NCBI GenBank assembly: GCA_963796105.1
Contig: CAWCKJ010000013.1
Span: 27,882 to 91,881, forward strand
Direction: 5' to 3'
Length of the DNA stretch: 64,000 nucleotides
Source of the DNA: a candidate division FCPU426 bacterium
GTDB lineage: Bacteria > Oederibacteriota > Muellerivitia > Muellerivitales > Muellerivitaceae
In this document: positions 34,301 to 41,909 of the stretch, in pieces
Numbering within the stretch: position 1 is the stretch's first letter
Layout of the letters: each line of letters opens with the position of its first letter
Translations under genes and position numbers: made by a program
The notes under the pieces: generated by a model
Told to the model about the DNA's origin: nothing
Databases searched by the model: none
Seen by the model: only the letters and a program-made list of their open reading frames with translations

Positions 34301-35714
34301 ACTTCGCTGGGAAGCCCCGGGGGACCTCACGGGAATCGCGGGTTATTATTTCACCGTGAACCAGGAACCCGAGAAGACGGTCGTTCCCGAAGGAACGGTC
34401 GTTCCTGAGGGGGCCATGTTCCTGACGGAAAACCAGGTGGAACTGAAAAACCTGGCCAACGGCACCTGCTATTTCCATTTGGCGGCGAAGGACAACGCGG
34501 GGAATATCGGCGGAACCGCGCATTTCAGGCTGAGGATCGACTCGACCAAGCCCACGGCCCCGGTGATCACTTCCTCCACCCATCCTGATCCCTACCGCTG
34601 GTACTCGACCGGAAAAATCCACGTCCAGTTCTCTTCCACCTGCGAGTTTTCAGAGGTGGAATCCTATTACTACGATTTCAGCCGGAAGCCGGACGGGCTT
34701 CCCGTGATCCAGGCTTCCCAAATGGCCTCGGGACATGAGATGGACCTGTCCGCCCCCGAGGCGGGGGTTTGGTGGCTGACGGTGGTGGCGAAAAACCAGG
34801 CCGGAACCCTTTCAGAACCCTCCAGAATGAGGGTCCAGGTCTCCGGAAGCGAGATGCCCCCTCCCTTGATCGCGTCTTCCACCCATCCCGAGGAGGACGA
34901 GCCGGCGGACAATTTCGATCCGGTCTTCACCTGGGAGGACCGCCATGACGGGAATTTCAACCCGGCTGGGTATTACTACAAATTAAGCCGGGAAGAGGCA
35001 GATAAACTTACTTCAGACGACCCCTACACCCCGGAAAAAGGCGTCCAACTCAAGAACGTGGCGGAAGGCGTTTGGTATTTCCACCTGGCGGCGGTAGGCG
35101 GGAACGGGGAGCCGGGGCTTCTTTCCTCAACCCGGAGAATCGTGGTCCGGCGGTTGGGCCAGGTCCAGGGAACCTTCCTGGGCAAGGACGCGACGGCGCC
35201 GGTCGTGGGGGCCAAGGTGGAACTGCTGAAGGGGGACCAGGTCGAGGCTGAAACCCTCACGGATTCCAAGGGCCGCTTTTTCTTCCCGCCCCTCGTGGAA
35301 GGCCGTTACGAGCTCAGGCTCCATAGCGAACAATTTCCTCCCTTGAAACTGAAGGACCTTTCGATCACCGCTGACACTCATTCCCCGGACACGGTCTTCA
35401 CTGAGGACCTGGGCCTTTACCCCAATCCCGGCCAGCCGGGACCCATCCGGTTCTATTATTTCCTCAAGGAGGACTGCAACGTGTCCTTTGAGGTTTTCGA
35501 TTCCACCGGGACCCTCGTGGACAAGATGGCGGATAAAAAGGAAGGGGGAAGCTACGCCGTGACCATCTGGGACGCCGCGGGAAAACCCGACGGCGAGTAT
35601 CTTTTCAAGCTCACCGCCAAGAACCTCACCAAGAACGCCATGTCGCGGTTCGCCGTGAAGAAATTCCGCATTCAGAAATTAACCCGGGAGTTGTCCCCCC
35701 AGCCCGTTTCATGA
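28317..35714 (+). CDS. Giant multidomain protein: HicB-like N-terminus, beta-propeller, FN3, ~16 Ig-like repeats, carboxypeptidase-regulatory-like domain, FlgD-Ig/CTD-like end
   Basis: Uninterrupted 2,465-aa ORF. AWCPLLPGCKAQGQSPKDALDHLKNAVDLFL is the HicB motif. LYAGT blades. ~100-aa repeats S.THP...W...D.SGI.GYYY...DG.WYFH...D.AGN. Confidence 0.85.
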   Translation: MAKYEKTDRKTFPYDLPVEFAAHEGGLFEAWCPLLPGCKAQGQSPKDALDHLKNAVDLFLAQTAPAHFQTIEHFSDISIFYDMCEFKGHLYIASGRDSVLRSAAAVSGTFEAFRVTKSNTKFFTPTPNHPEGAGDYTTQIYCLCSFAPPGRENALFAGTNLNGSVYFSGDGKEWQEAFATGEDRLHCLHAFQDRLYAGTSSNGKIFAYDGVQWNLVGNLGEAAITCFGEYEGRLYAGTYPNGCVYSTPDGLNWSEAARTGQSFVQCFKEFNGVFYTGTSSAQGIRIYKTLSGLDWEKVYESGRELNVYSMEEYEGALYAGTGNSGRILKTVDGQEWTTAYAGEEEGVRALLRYQDHFFGCTENKGVILRSAFSKEHIPVLQQVETKKVTSSSAMVTWTTDLPATSELHYGMKDGSAGMNLAVSDPAPSYQHSLYLTGLRAGEEYEFKAASCYQGSTPAVSETVVFKTYPVAPPDVYSPTHPHPGEWANGKKIEVILYSPVPQAGFYYQLNDSADFVPGPGKGDYTEERRLILPLAAEGTCYFHVVGVDPAGNIGTHPNHFAIGIDTEVLPPRKLASPTHPDPDKWESNASPLVAWEAPPDLSGVKGFYVKADHEPFSVPAPGECLFTSENRATLGPLEDGLWYVHVATQDQAGNIGQTAAHLPVRVDTQSPVPVPSSSTHSQPDHWYSNNRAEMALTTPPDLSGLAGYFYAVDQEPETLPEASSAKWMEGDKIILPPLADGIWYFHARAQDRAGNLSAKAGHHKFCLDTHADPPPRITSTTHPEANRWYPSRGVEVQWEDPIDHSGVAGFYYHIDRDPDTVPSEKTSLFTVLRSLFFEVADDGIWYFHLATKDKAGNLSRQAAHITLLVDTAAGKPVLYSPTHPDQNRWYPEALAMFRTAPPEDLSGIKGFYYQLGPTATLPDPKNSLFTQKNEFTVQIPGDGIHWLSVVCLDKAGNAGREPAVYSLRLDTSVPAPEIASSSHPQADKWYSNRKVDLEWRTAPDLSGVEGCYYCVDRDTETLPEASSAKWTAGNRITISEPEDGVWYFHLRSKDMAGNLSEKAGHFKFRVDTHAGAPMNVTSPSHGEIGRWYNNRKVEISWEAPPDSSGIGGFYYQFSREPETVPNDKNASFTDQNSAVFEAPEDGRWFFHAATRDNAGNLSRDAAHFSFLIDTLVGKPRLTSQTHPSQETWYSRTHAVIQADPPEDLSGIKGYYYVLSEIAVLPDPKTASFTGKNEMVLDIPHDGIHWLSVVCQDQAGNVGDKAETYQIRLDTAIAPPELSSLTHPSQDQWYGSGRLEMEWKDPRDLSGIEGHYTAFNRRENWPVLLGEMDFTTGRSAEILLEEEGVWYFHACAKDKAGNISQCSTFKIQLDLRAAPPFIESPTHPRGKWRNSSKPLFTWETPVELSGVEGYYTAIDQKADTVPDADHGEWTQMNSWEGPQLEDGHWYFHVVTKDKSGNLSKEAAHYPLLVDTRVGQPVLSSLTHPNQDQWYNRKQAVIQFAPPEDPSGIKGYYYCLGESMRLPEPNSSTFTEGNEISLEIPRDGLHVLSVVCLDGAGNTGKEPAQYQIRLDTSAEPPEISSPSHPNQDQWYGTSNVQLEMRDSPDLSGIEGYYYALNREENWNSNFSVMDYTLERKLLLTVQEDGVWYVHLCSKDHAGNVGPCGRFKIQVDFKALPPVVQSPTHPVGQWKKETKPRFAWEAPQDVAGVEGYFVSMDQVPDKVPGPDHGEWVTLNSWESPALADGRWYFHVVTKDRVGNLSREAAHYPVLIDTAPPKSILKPLPVFLSRTQIHLEWDAEDTAGVKSFDLQVKVGQEGDWADWLLQVTEKSAAFAGKDGEKYAFRCRAVDEAGNQELYPDGEMAFTTLDLTPPPPVQELTAAPRPGGAIGLKWNQVEDKTSGTDYYRVYRWMEGGARQKISIDGEIREGEYLDQDPSLAEKTVYYYCVQAVDKLGNEQKEGNKIAASLSDHGVGIPKISSETHARGDWSSQTTAQLRWEAPGDLTGIAGYYFTVNQEPEKTVVPEGTVVPEGAMFLTENQVELKNLANGTCYFHLAAKDNAGNIGGTAHFRLRIDSTKPTAPVITSSTHPDPYRWYSTGKIHVQFSSTCEFSEVESYYYDFSRKPDGLPVIQASQMASGHEMDLSAPEAGVWWLTVVAKNQAGTLSEPSRMRVQVSGSEMPPPLIASSTHPEEDEPADNFDPVFTWEDRHDGNFNPAGYYYKLSREEADKLTSDDPYTPEKGVQLKNVAEGVWYFHLAAVGGNGEPGLLSSTRRIVVRRLGQVQGTFLGKDATAPVVGAKVELLKGDQVEAETLTDSKGRFFFPPLVEGRYELRLHSEQFPPLKLKDLSITADTHSPDTVFTEDLGLYPNPGQPGPIRFYYFLKEDCNVSFEVFDSTGTLVDKMADKKEGGSYAVTIWDAAGKPDGEYLFKLTAKNLTKNAMSRFAVKKFRIQKLTRELSPQPVS

Positions 35715-35760
35715 GCACCGGCCTTGCCAAGTGTTCCTTGAAAGTATAGAAAAACAGCCC

Positions 35761-35830
35761 GCCCCGAGCCAATCTTAAGGATAAGTTGAAGGGCAAGCCC
35801 TGAGCGAATCCTAGGGATGAGTCGAAGGGT
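35761..35830. repeat. Two tandem imperfect REP-like palindromic units
   Basis: gccccgagccaatcttaaggataagttgaagggc and gccctgagcgaatcctagggatgagtcgaagggt. Confidence 0.55.
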
Positions 35831-35858
35831 TGACTAATACTAATTACGCCGTTAACAT
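35830..35858 (+). promoter_or_regulatory. Putative promoter of tRNA-Asp
   Basis: TTGACT-17 nt-TAACAT. Confidence 0.5.
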
Positions 35859-35971
35859 ACGGTCCTGTTTCGCTTCCCTTGGGGGCCCCTGAAGCAGAGT
35901 TGCCTACGGCAACACGCTACAGGGCGCGTGACAAAGCGAGTTTTTCCTTCCGCTTTTTCCTTTTCCTGCGA

Positions 35972-36049
35972 GGGGTTGTAGCTCAGCTTGGTTAGAGCGC
36001 CTGCCTGTCACGCAGGAGGTCGCGGGTTCGAGCCCCGTCAACCCCGCCA
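35972..36049 (+). tRNA. tRNA-Asp (GTC), CCA encoded
   Basis: Acceptor stem GGGGTTG/CAACCCC, anticodon arm CCTGC-CTGTCAC-GCAGG, GGTTCGAG T-loop, GCCA end. Confidence 0.97.
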
Positions 36050-36110
36050 TATTTTTCAACGATTTTACGACTTCACTTCCTGCCCGGACTCGCTCCGTGT
36101 CATATCCGTG

Positions 36111-37189
36111 TCAAACTTCAAACTGCCTCTCAACCTGTTTCAGCGCGTTCACCCGGTCTTGCCGATCTATCCGGTTATACCGTTTGAACATCGCGTAGGT
36201 CTTATGGCCTGATATGGACATGATGACCGAATCGTTCACCCCCGCCTTTCTTAGGTTCGTCACCGCGCAATGCCTGAGATCATGGAACCTGAAATTCTTG
36301 ATCCCCGCCGTGCGGACGGCCTTCAAAAAGGCGGTCTTGATGTCGAGGATAGCGCTTTCCCTTATGGGTGAAGACATAAGGGCTCCCAAGGGTCTTGGGA
36401 GTCCGTTTCAAGAGGCCAATCAAGCGCCTCCGTCAAAGGAACTTCCCGTTTCTCCTGGGTCTTGGTGTCCGCGGCTTCCAGGGTGACGACCTTGTTTTGG
36501 AAGTCCACCTGTTCCCACCGCAAGCCCAAAATCTCCCCCTTCCTCATGCCCGTCCAATAAGCCAACTGGACAATGGCACTCAGCCGGGGCGCACAACGCG
36601 TCAAGAGCGCCTCGTATTCCTCAAGCGTCAAGGTGCGGTCACGGGATTCCTCCCGGAAGGCCCTTACCCTCTGGATCGGGTTTTTCTCCAACAAACCGTT
36701 GAAGACCGCCCGATTCACGATGGACTTGAGAACGCCAAGGTCCCGGTTGATGGTGCTGTTAGCCAGCGCCTTCCCGTTACGGCTTTTATCCGGTGCTTGG
36801 TTTCCCGCCTTCTTCCGATGGGTTAAAAAGCCTTCAACGATGTCCGGCGTTAGACTCTTCAAAGGCCTGTTACCGAAATAAGCCTTGAGCCTATCCACCA
36901 TCTGGATATCGTTCTCGTGGCTTTTCCTTCTTGCTTCGGAATAGCCCAGGAACGAATCCGCCGCCTCGTTGAAAGTTACCTCCGGTTTTTCCACGGCCAA
37001 GAACTTTCCCGCCACAATTTCTTGCATGTGTTGGGCCAGTATCTTCTTGGCTTGGACCGCCGGTATTTCCCCCAATCGGACCCGCTTGCGCTTTTTTAAT
37101 CCTCCTTCCTCGATGAAATAATCCAGGAAATACCCTTTTTCGTCCTTGCGGAGAAATTGGGGCAATCCATGAACATTAGGTCTACTCAT
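36111..37189 (-). CDS. Tyrosine recombinase/integrase with two apparent +1 frameshifts (~36423 and ~36351)
   Basis: TGMRKGEILGLRW, TKT, FHDLRH, ISGHKT...RY. The middle segment reads LIGLLKRTPKTLGSPYVFTHKGKR in the third frame. Confidence 0.9.
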
Positions 37190-37440
37190 GCGTCCCTCCT
37201 AATGTCCCCAGCACTTGGCATTTTATCAGCAGAGCCCGCCAAATATGGAAGGGGTTTTTTAAAAACTTGAAGGAACACCGAATACCAAACCCTGGGATAT
37301 TTGCCGACCTTCACGAAGGGGAGAATCCCGGTTTGCCTCCAATAGCGGACGGTATTCTCCGAGACAGAGGCCTTTTCGGCGATGTCCTTGTCCGACATTA
37401 AATGGTTCCGCCGTTCTTCTGTTCTTCTGCGATCTGTCAT
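37186..37440 (-). CDS. Excisionase-like helix-turn-helix protein
   Basis: MSDKDIAEKASVSENTVRYWRQTGILPFVKVG. Overlaps the integrase start. Confidence 0.8.
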   Translation of the reverse strand: MTDRRRTEERRNHLMSDKDIAEKASVSENTVRYWRQTGILPFVKVGKYPRVWYSVFLQVFKKPLPYLAGSADKMPSAGDIRRDA

Positions 37441-37822
37441 GGTTTACCTCCGTTTTTAAGGGTTAAAAAATAACAGGCCCCAAAGGGGCAACCTTCGGGG
37501 AAAGGTGTGGAAAACCCCGCATCCAAAACCTGTTTCATTACCAACAGGTTTTTCGGGGGGTTTTCCACGGTGTTTGTGTTGCTGTTGCTTTTGACTTTGC
37601 CTTTCGCTTTATTCTGTATTCTTTATCTGTTGATTCTTATCTTGATCCTTCACGCCCGCGCTTTTAGGGGTGAGTCTGTCTAAGAGGCCAGACCCCACTA
37701 TCGAATTCCAGCACTCATGTAATGATGCTGGGAGAGTGGGGTCTGGCGTCGCAAGACAGGCGAACCCCTGCACTTTGCGGGCGTTTCCGTGGATTTTCGC
37801 TTTAAGCTGTTTTAAGCTCCGG

Positions 37823-38725
37823 TTAAAGTTCATGGGTTCCTCCTTCCGGCTTCTCTTCGCCTTTCGGAGTGGCTTTTAGGATGGGGTCTTTCACGAAGGG
37901 AAGGTATTCGCCTTCCAGGTTGACCCAAGGAACCCGGATAAAGGGCAGGGTGGCTGCCTTCCCGAAAAAGGAAAAGCCCCAAAGGTCTTTCTGCCGGGGA
38001 TCGCCCTTGAGGTGGGCCGCCAAACCCTCCAAGAGCCTTACGGCGTGTTCCTTGTCCCGGCTGACCACCAGCCGCAAGGCCTGGGGGAAGTCCCGGTTCA
38101 GGTTCAAGACCATGGCCCCCATCTGTTCCCGGTTGTAGGGGCTGTGCTCGTATTCCAGGACGAAGACGTAGGGTTTGCCTTCCAGGGTGGCTTTGAAGTA
38201 GCCGTCCGGGGTGCGGCGGTTAAGCCTTTGAAGCTTGGTGCCGGCCAGCTCCCACCCCCGACCTTCCTCCAAGGCTTTCTTCCAGGACATCCTCAAGCCG
38301 CAACGCATCTCGTAGTCGGAAAGCCAGGTCATCCCCTCCAAGGCTGGGTCCGCCTCGAAATGGATTCGCATTTCGAGCAAGCGGCGGTCATGCTCCCGCT
38401 CGAAGGTGTTGATGCGGGGGGAGCGGACTTCCGTTGAAATGAGTATCCGTGCCAAGCCGGATAGCTGGCGCAAGGAAGGCCGGGACAGGTAGTAATAGGT
38501 ATCCTCGTTGGGGAGATTTTGGGTCTTGAGGAGTAAACCCCGCGATACCAAGTCCCTCAAGTGAACACAGGCCGTAACGTAGGATTGGGCCGGGTGGAAC
38601 TTCTTGTGGAAAAGCTTGGTGGTGATGAACTTGTTGGAGTGAATATAGGCTAAAACCGTCACGTCAACCGGGTCTATTTCCAGGGGTTGTTGGGTAAGGG
38701 TTTTGGAGTTCTCAAGCATTGTCAT
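37823..38725 (-). CDS. Replication-relaxation (Replic_Relax, PF13814-like) protein
   Basis: wHTH-like N-terminus, EHD, RRTPDGYF...FVLEYE PD-(D/E)xK-like motif. Overlaps the T4CP gene. Confidence 0.72.
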   Translation of the reverse strand: MTMLENSKTLTQQPLEIDPVDVTVLAYIHSNKFITTKLFHKKFHPAQSYVTACVHLRDLVSRGLLLKTQNLPNEDTYYYLSRPSLRQLSGLARILISTEVRSPRINTFEREHDRRLLEMRIHFEADPALEGMTWLSDYEMRCGLRMSWKKALEEGRGWELAGTKLQRLNRRTPDGYFKATLEGKPYVFVLEYEHSPYNREQMGAMVLNLNRDFPQALRLVVSRDKEHAVRLLEGLAAHLKGDPRQKDLWGFSFFGKAATLPFIRVPWVNLEGEYLPFVKDPILKATPKGEEKPEGGTHEL

Positions 38726-40499
38726 CCTCCCCCATACGGTTTCCAGCTTTCACCGGTTCATTGGTTTCTTTCGGGCAATTAACCAAGGAGCTTTCGTTCT
38801 CCCTTTCCCGGTATGTTTTTGGGGCTATCACACTTTCAGGGTTAAAGCCCTCCGGGGCGGTAGTAGCCATTTTCAAATCACTCTGAAAGACATATACCCC
38901 GCCTTCCGCCACTACTTTGACAATGGCTTGGCCGGTTTTGAGTTCCTTGATCCGGTTGGGGTGGAACCGGAACTTTTCGGTTATTGGAACGCTGTACCCG
39001 GCCACCGTATGGTCCGCCTTGTAGGAAGTCACTCGGGCATCCTGGTCAAGTTCGGTTCCGAATTGTCGCGCGAAGGATTCCGCTGTGTCCGGGTCGTTTA
39101 CTCTGAGAATGATCTTGTTGCTGGCGGTGTTCATCACCTGTTCCTGGAACTCAGGGGAGACGCCTTTCAAGTCTCCCAAGGACTGATGAGCCAAGAAAAG
39201 GTTCACCTGGGCTTCCCGGCACTTATTGATGAAATCAATAAACCGGGGATAGGCCAAGTTGTAGAACTCGTCCAGGAAAACCCGGAAGGGTTTCTCCGGC
39301 GGCTCCATATACCTGTCGGCCAACTGCTCGGACAAGTCCATCATGGCGAGGATGGACAAGGCCTTTGCGTCCTCCGGGTAACGTGCAAAGTTTGGGGAGA
39401 ATAGAAAGATTTCGCCCTTCGTCACGATATCCGCCATGCGGATATCTGGGTTCTTGACGTTCAAGAGGTAAGACCATTGGCTGTTACAGAACCGTTGGAG
39501 CTTGTTGACCAACCCGGTCAATTCCATCCTGCGGTCCTTTGGGGACTTGCTAAGCCATTGTTCCCGGAAATACCAAGCGTAGGAAGTTTGGGGGTGTCTG
39601 TTGCAGTAGGAACCGATGATCTTGAAGGTGTCGGCTTCCTGGGTGGCAAATAGCAAGTCTTGGAAGGTTATGGTGTCCATCTCTTCTTTTAAGAGGCCAA
39701 TGAGGTTGTGAAGGAAGGCGTCGGCCAGTTCGACGTAATAGGTTTCGGTGTTCTTGGCGTTGGAGTAGAGGGCGGTGAATACCCGGTTGGCGATGGCGTC
39801 CGCGTTTCTCCCATAAAGAGGGTTGTAGGAATGGGAGTGTCGGGTGTCGGCCAAGGTGAAGTGATATAGAACGCGGTCACACTGATTGACGTAAAAGGCA
39901 ACATCACGAAGCATGTTGCCTTTTACGTCGCTGATAAAACACCCCAACCCCTGCCGGATGGTCTGTTCGATGAAAGGCTTGATGACGAAATGGGTCTTGC
40001 CGGTGCCGGTTCCTCCGACTATCTGGACATTTTCATGGAGGGAAGACGTTGGGAAACCAAACCCCTTTTTGGGGGCGATTAACAAGGGGTATTTGCCGTA
40101 ATCAACGCGTCTTTTCTTGATGGGCTTCCAGTGAAGGCCATACATAGCTCCGGTGGTCAATAACCCCGCCAAGACGATGTAAAGCTTGCTGTAATAAGTG
40201 GTAATGGGGTCGAGAAGGGAAACCGCCAATGTGAGAGAAACGATTAATTTGGTGGGAAGAAAAATGTCCTCGTCGTCTCGGACAAGGAAAACAATTCCGT
40301 AGGGAAAGGCAAAGAGTAAAATCCAAAAACCTATGATGTGGTGATTGTAAAAATCCGCGTCCGGGAAGGTGCCGTCCAGGTTCATAAAGTTCATTAAGCC
40401 GAAAAAAGGATAAAGAAGATTGACGCCGGTGAAGATAAAGGGAGCACAACAGGGAACCAAGATAATCTGGTTGATGGTAACTGCTGAGTCTTTTGTCAT
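38712..40499 (-). CDS. Type IV coupling protein (TraD/VirD4-like)
   Basis: N-terminal TM helices, GGTGTGKT, DVKG, VFLDEF, LAHQSLGDL, TAESFARQFG. Confidence 0.88.
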   Translation of the reverse strand: MTKDSAVTINQIILVPCCAPFIFTGVNLLYPFFGLMNFMNLDGTFPDADFYNHHIIGFWILLFAFPYGIVFLVRDDEDIFLPTKLIVSLTLAVSLLDPITTYYSKLYIVLAGLLTTGAMYGLHWKPIKKRRVDYGKYPLLIAPKKGFGFPTSSLHENVQIVGGTGTGKTHFVIKPFIEQTIRQGLGCFISDVKGNMLRDVAFYVNQCDRVLYHFTLADTRHSHSYNPLYGRNADAIANRVFTALYSNAKNTETYYVELADAFLHNLIGLLKEEMDTITFQDLLFATQEADTFKIIGSYCNRHPQTSYAWYFREQWLSKSPKDRRMELTGLVNKLQRFCNSQWSYLLNVKNPDIRMADIVTKGEIFLFSPNFARYPEDAKALSILAMMDLSEQLADRYMEPPEKPFRVFLDEFYNLAYPRFIDFINKCREAQVNLFLAHQSLGDLKGVSPEFQEQVMNTASNKIILRVNDPDTAESFARQFGTELDQDARVTSYKADHTVAGYSVPITEKFRFHPNRIKELKTGQAIVKVVAEGGVYVFQSDLKMATTAPEGFNPESVIAPKTYRERENESSLVNCPKETNEPVKAGNRMGEDDNA

Positions 40500-40531
40500 C
40501 CTTACCTGGCTTCCTGGTGAAGCCCCGCCAA

Positions 40532-40735
40532 TTATTTCATGGGGGGCGTCCTCCAATTGGTTTCGCGGCGCTTCTCGGACCAATAGTGATCGATGGCCCT
40601 TCGAATCATCTCCGTCCTGGTAAGCCCGGTCTCCCTCTGGCGTCTTTCCAGGAGTTCAACTTCCTGGGGAGATATCCGAAGGATGATCCGCAACCCGCCT
40701 AGACTTTTGCGTCCACGTTTTTTATTCATGGGCAT
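40532..40735 (-). CDS. Ribbon-helix-helix (CopG/MobC-like) protein
   Basis: RIILRISPQEVELL...GLTRTEMIRRAI. AGGAGG RBS. Confidence 0.75.
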   Translation of the reverse strand: MPMNKKRGRKSLGGLRIILRISPQEVELLERRQRETGLTRTEMIRRAIDHYWSEKRRETNWRTPPMK

Positions 40736-40951
40736 ACTTATATTCCTCCTTGCGAAAATGGTCAAACAAAAAACAATGTACATTGTACATCAGTTATTCA
40801 GGCCGGGAGTTTAAAACATCTGAATTCTTTTTATTTTCCAATGGTGGGATTTTCTTCAAAAGCTTAAAACGTACATCAGAATAAAAAATAATTTTCGGCC
40901 CTGCTTAACCGCATGAAAATTTTTGATTGTTTGAGGGAACTGGCAGAAATC

Positions 40952-41137
40952 TTAATGGGTTGGATTTGACTCAGAAGGTCCAGGCTGATCTTTGGCCCGC
41001 TCCGCTTTCTCCCGTAAACGACGGAGAGTTGCTTGTACAATCACGCTCAGTACTGCTTCCCTCTTTATTGCGGCCAACTCTTTTGAAACAGGTGTGTATA
41101 TAACTTTGACGTTATAGTGCTTTTTAGGTTGTGCCAT
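40952..41137 (-). CDS. Small hypothetical protein
   Basis: 61-aa ORF with AGGAGG RBS. Confidence 0.5.
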   Translation of the reverse strand: MAQPKKHYNVKVIYTPVSKELAAIKREAVLSVIVQATLRRLREKAERAKDQPGPSESNPTH

Positions 41138-41248
41138 AAGGCCTCCTGTATTGATTTAGCCAGTAAATACAGCTTTATTAACTGGCCGAAAAGCTACAAC
41201 CGAAACGTTGCGTTTTTAAGTTTAATATTTACCATTCGAAATATGATT

Positions 41249-41294
41249 GTTACAATATGTTTGTACTTATTAATAAATACAAACTAATTGTAAC
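41249..41294. promoter_or_regulatory. Inverted-repeat operator upstream of abiEi
   Basis: 23-bp arms gttacaatatgtttgtacttatt / aataaatacaaactaattgtaac, 3 mismatches. Confidence 0.75.
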
Positions 41295-41306
41295 TTTGGG
41301 CAAAAC

Positions 41307-41909
41307 ATGAAAACGACCCCTGAAAAACCTATTCCTAAAATACTTCTCCAAAACGGTGTTCTGCGTTCGAGTGATGCAATTCTGCACGGTATCAGCCGCA
41401 TGAGGCTGAAAAGGCTGGTTGATAAGGGCCAGCTAATTCGTGAAGCTTGGGGAGTTTATCGGATACCTGATAGTCCTATTTCGGAACAGGACGGCCTAGT
41501 CCAAGCCTGTTCCCGTGTGCCTGGCGGGGTACTTTGCCTCCTAACCGCCCTTCAGTTCCACCGCATGACGACACAATTCCCCCATGAGGTTTGGATGGCG
41601 ATTGATGTTTGGGCTAGGAAGCCCCACATTGAGCACCCACCCGTTCGCTTTGTGCGTTTTTCCGGAAAGGCCCGGACGGTAGGGGTGGAAGAACATAAAA
41701 CCAAGGGAGGTCCTATCCGGGTTTATAGCCCCGCTAAGACCGTCATTGATTGTTTTAAATACCGTAATAAACTTGGCCTAGACGTAGCTCTTGAAGCCCT
41801 GAAAGCCTATCGGACGGAAAAGAAGGGAACTATGGACGATCTTTGGAAGTATTCTCGTGTCTGCCGTGTGTCCAATGTTATTCGACCTTATCTAGAGGCA
41901 CTTGCATGA
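41307..41909 (+). CDS. abiEi: Type IV TA antitoxin AbiEi family
   Basis: GVLCLLTALQFH.MTTQ.P.EVW, VYSPAKTVIDCFKYRNKLGLDVALEAL. Confidence 0.88.
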   Translation: MKTTPEKPIPKILLQNGVLRSSDAILHGISRMRLKRLVDKGQLIREAWGVYRIPDSPISEQDGLVQACSRVPGGVLCLLTALQFHRMTTQFPHEVWMAIDVWARKPHIEHPPVRFVRFSGKARTVGVEEHKTKGGPIRVYSPAKTVIDCFKYRNKLGLDVALEALKAYRTEKKGTMDDLWKYSRVCRVSNVIRPYLEALA

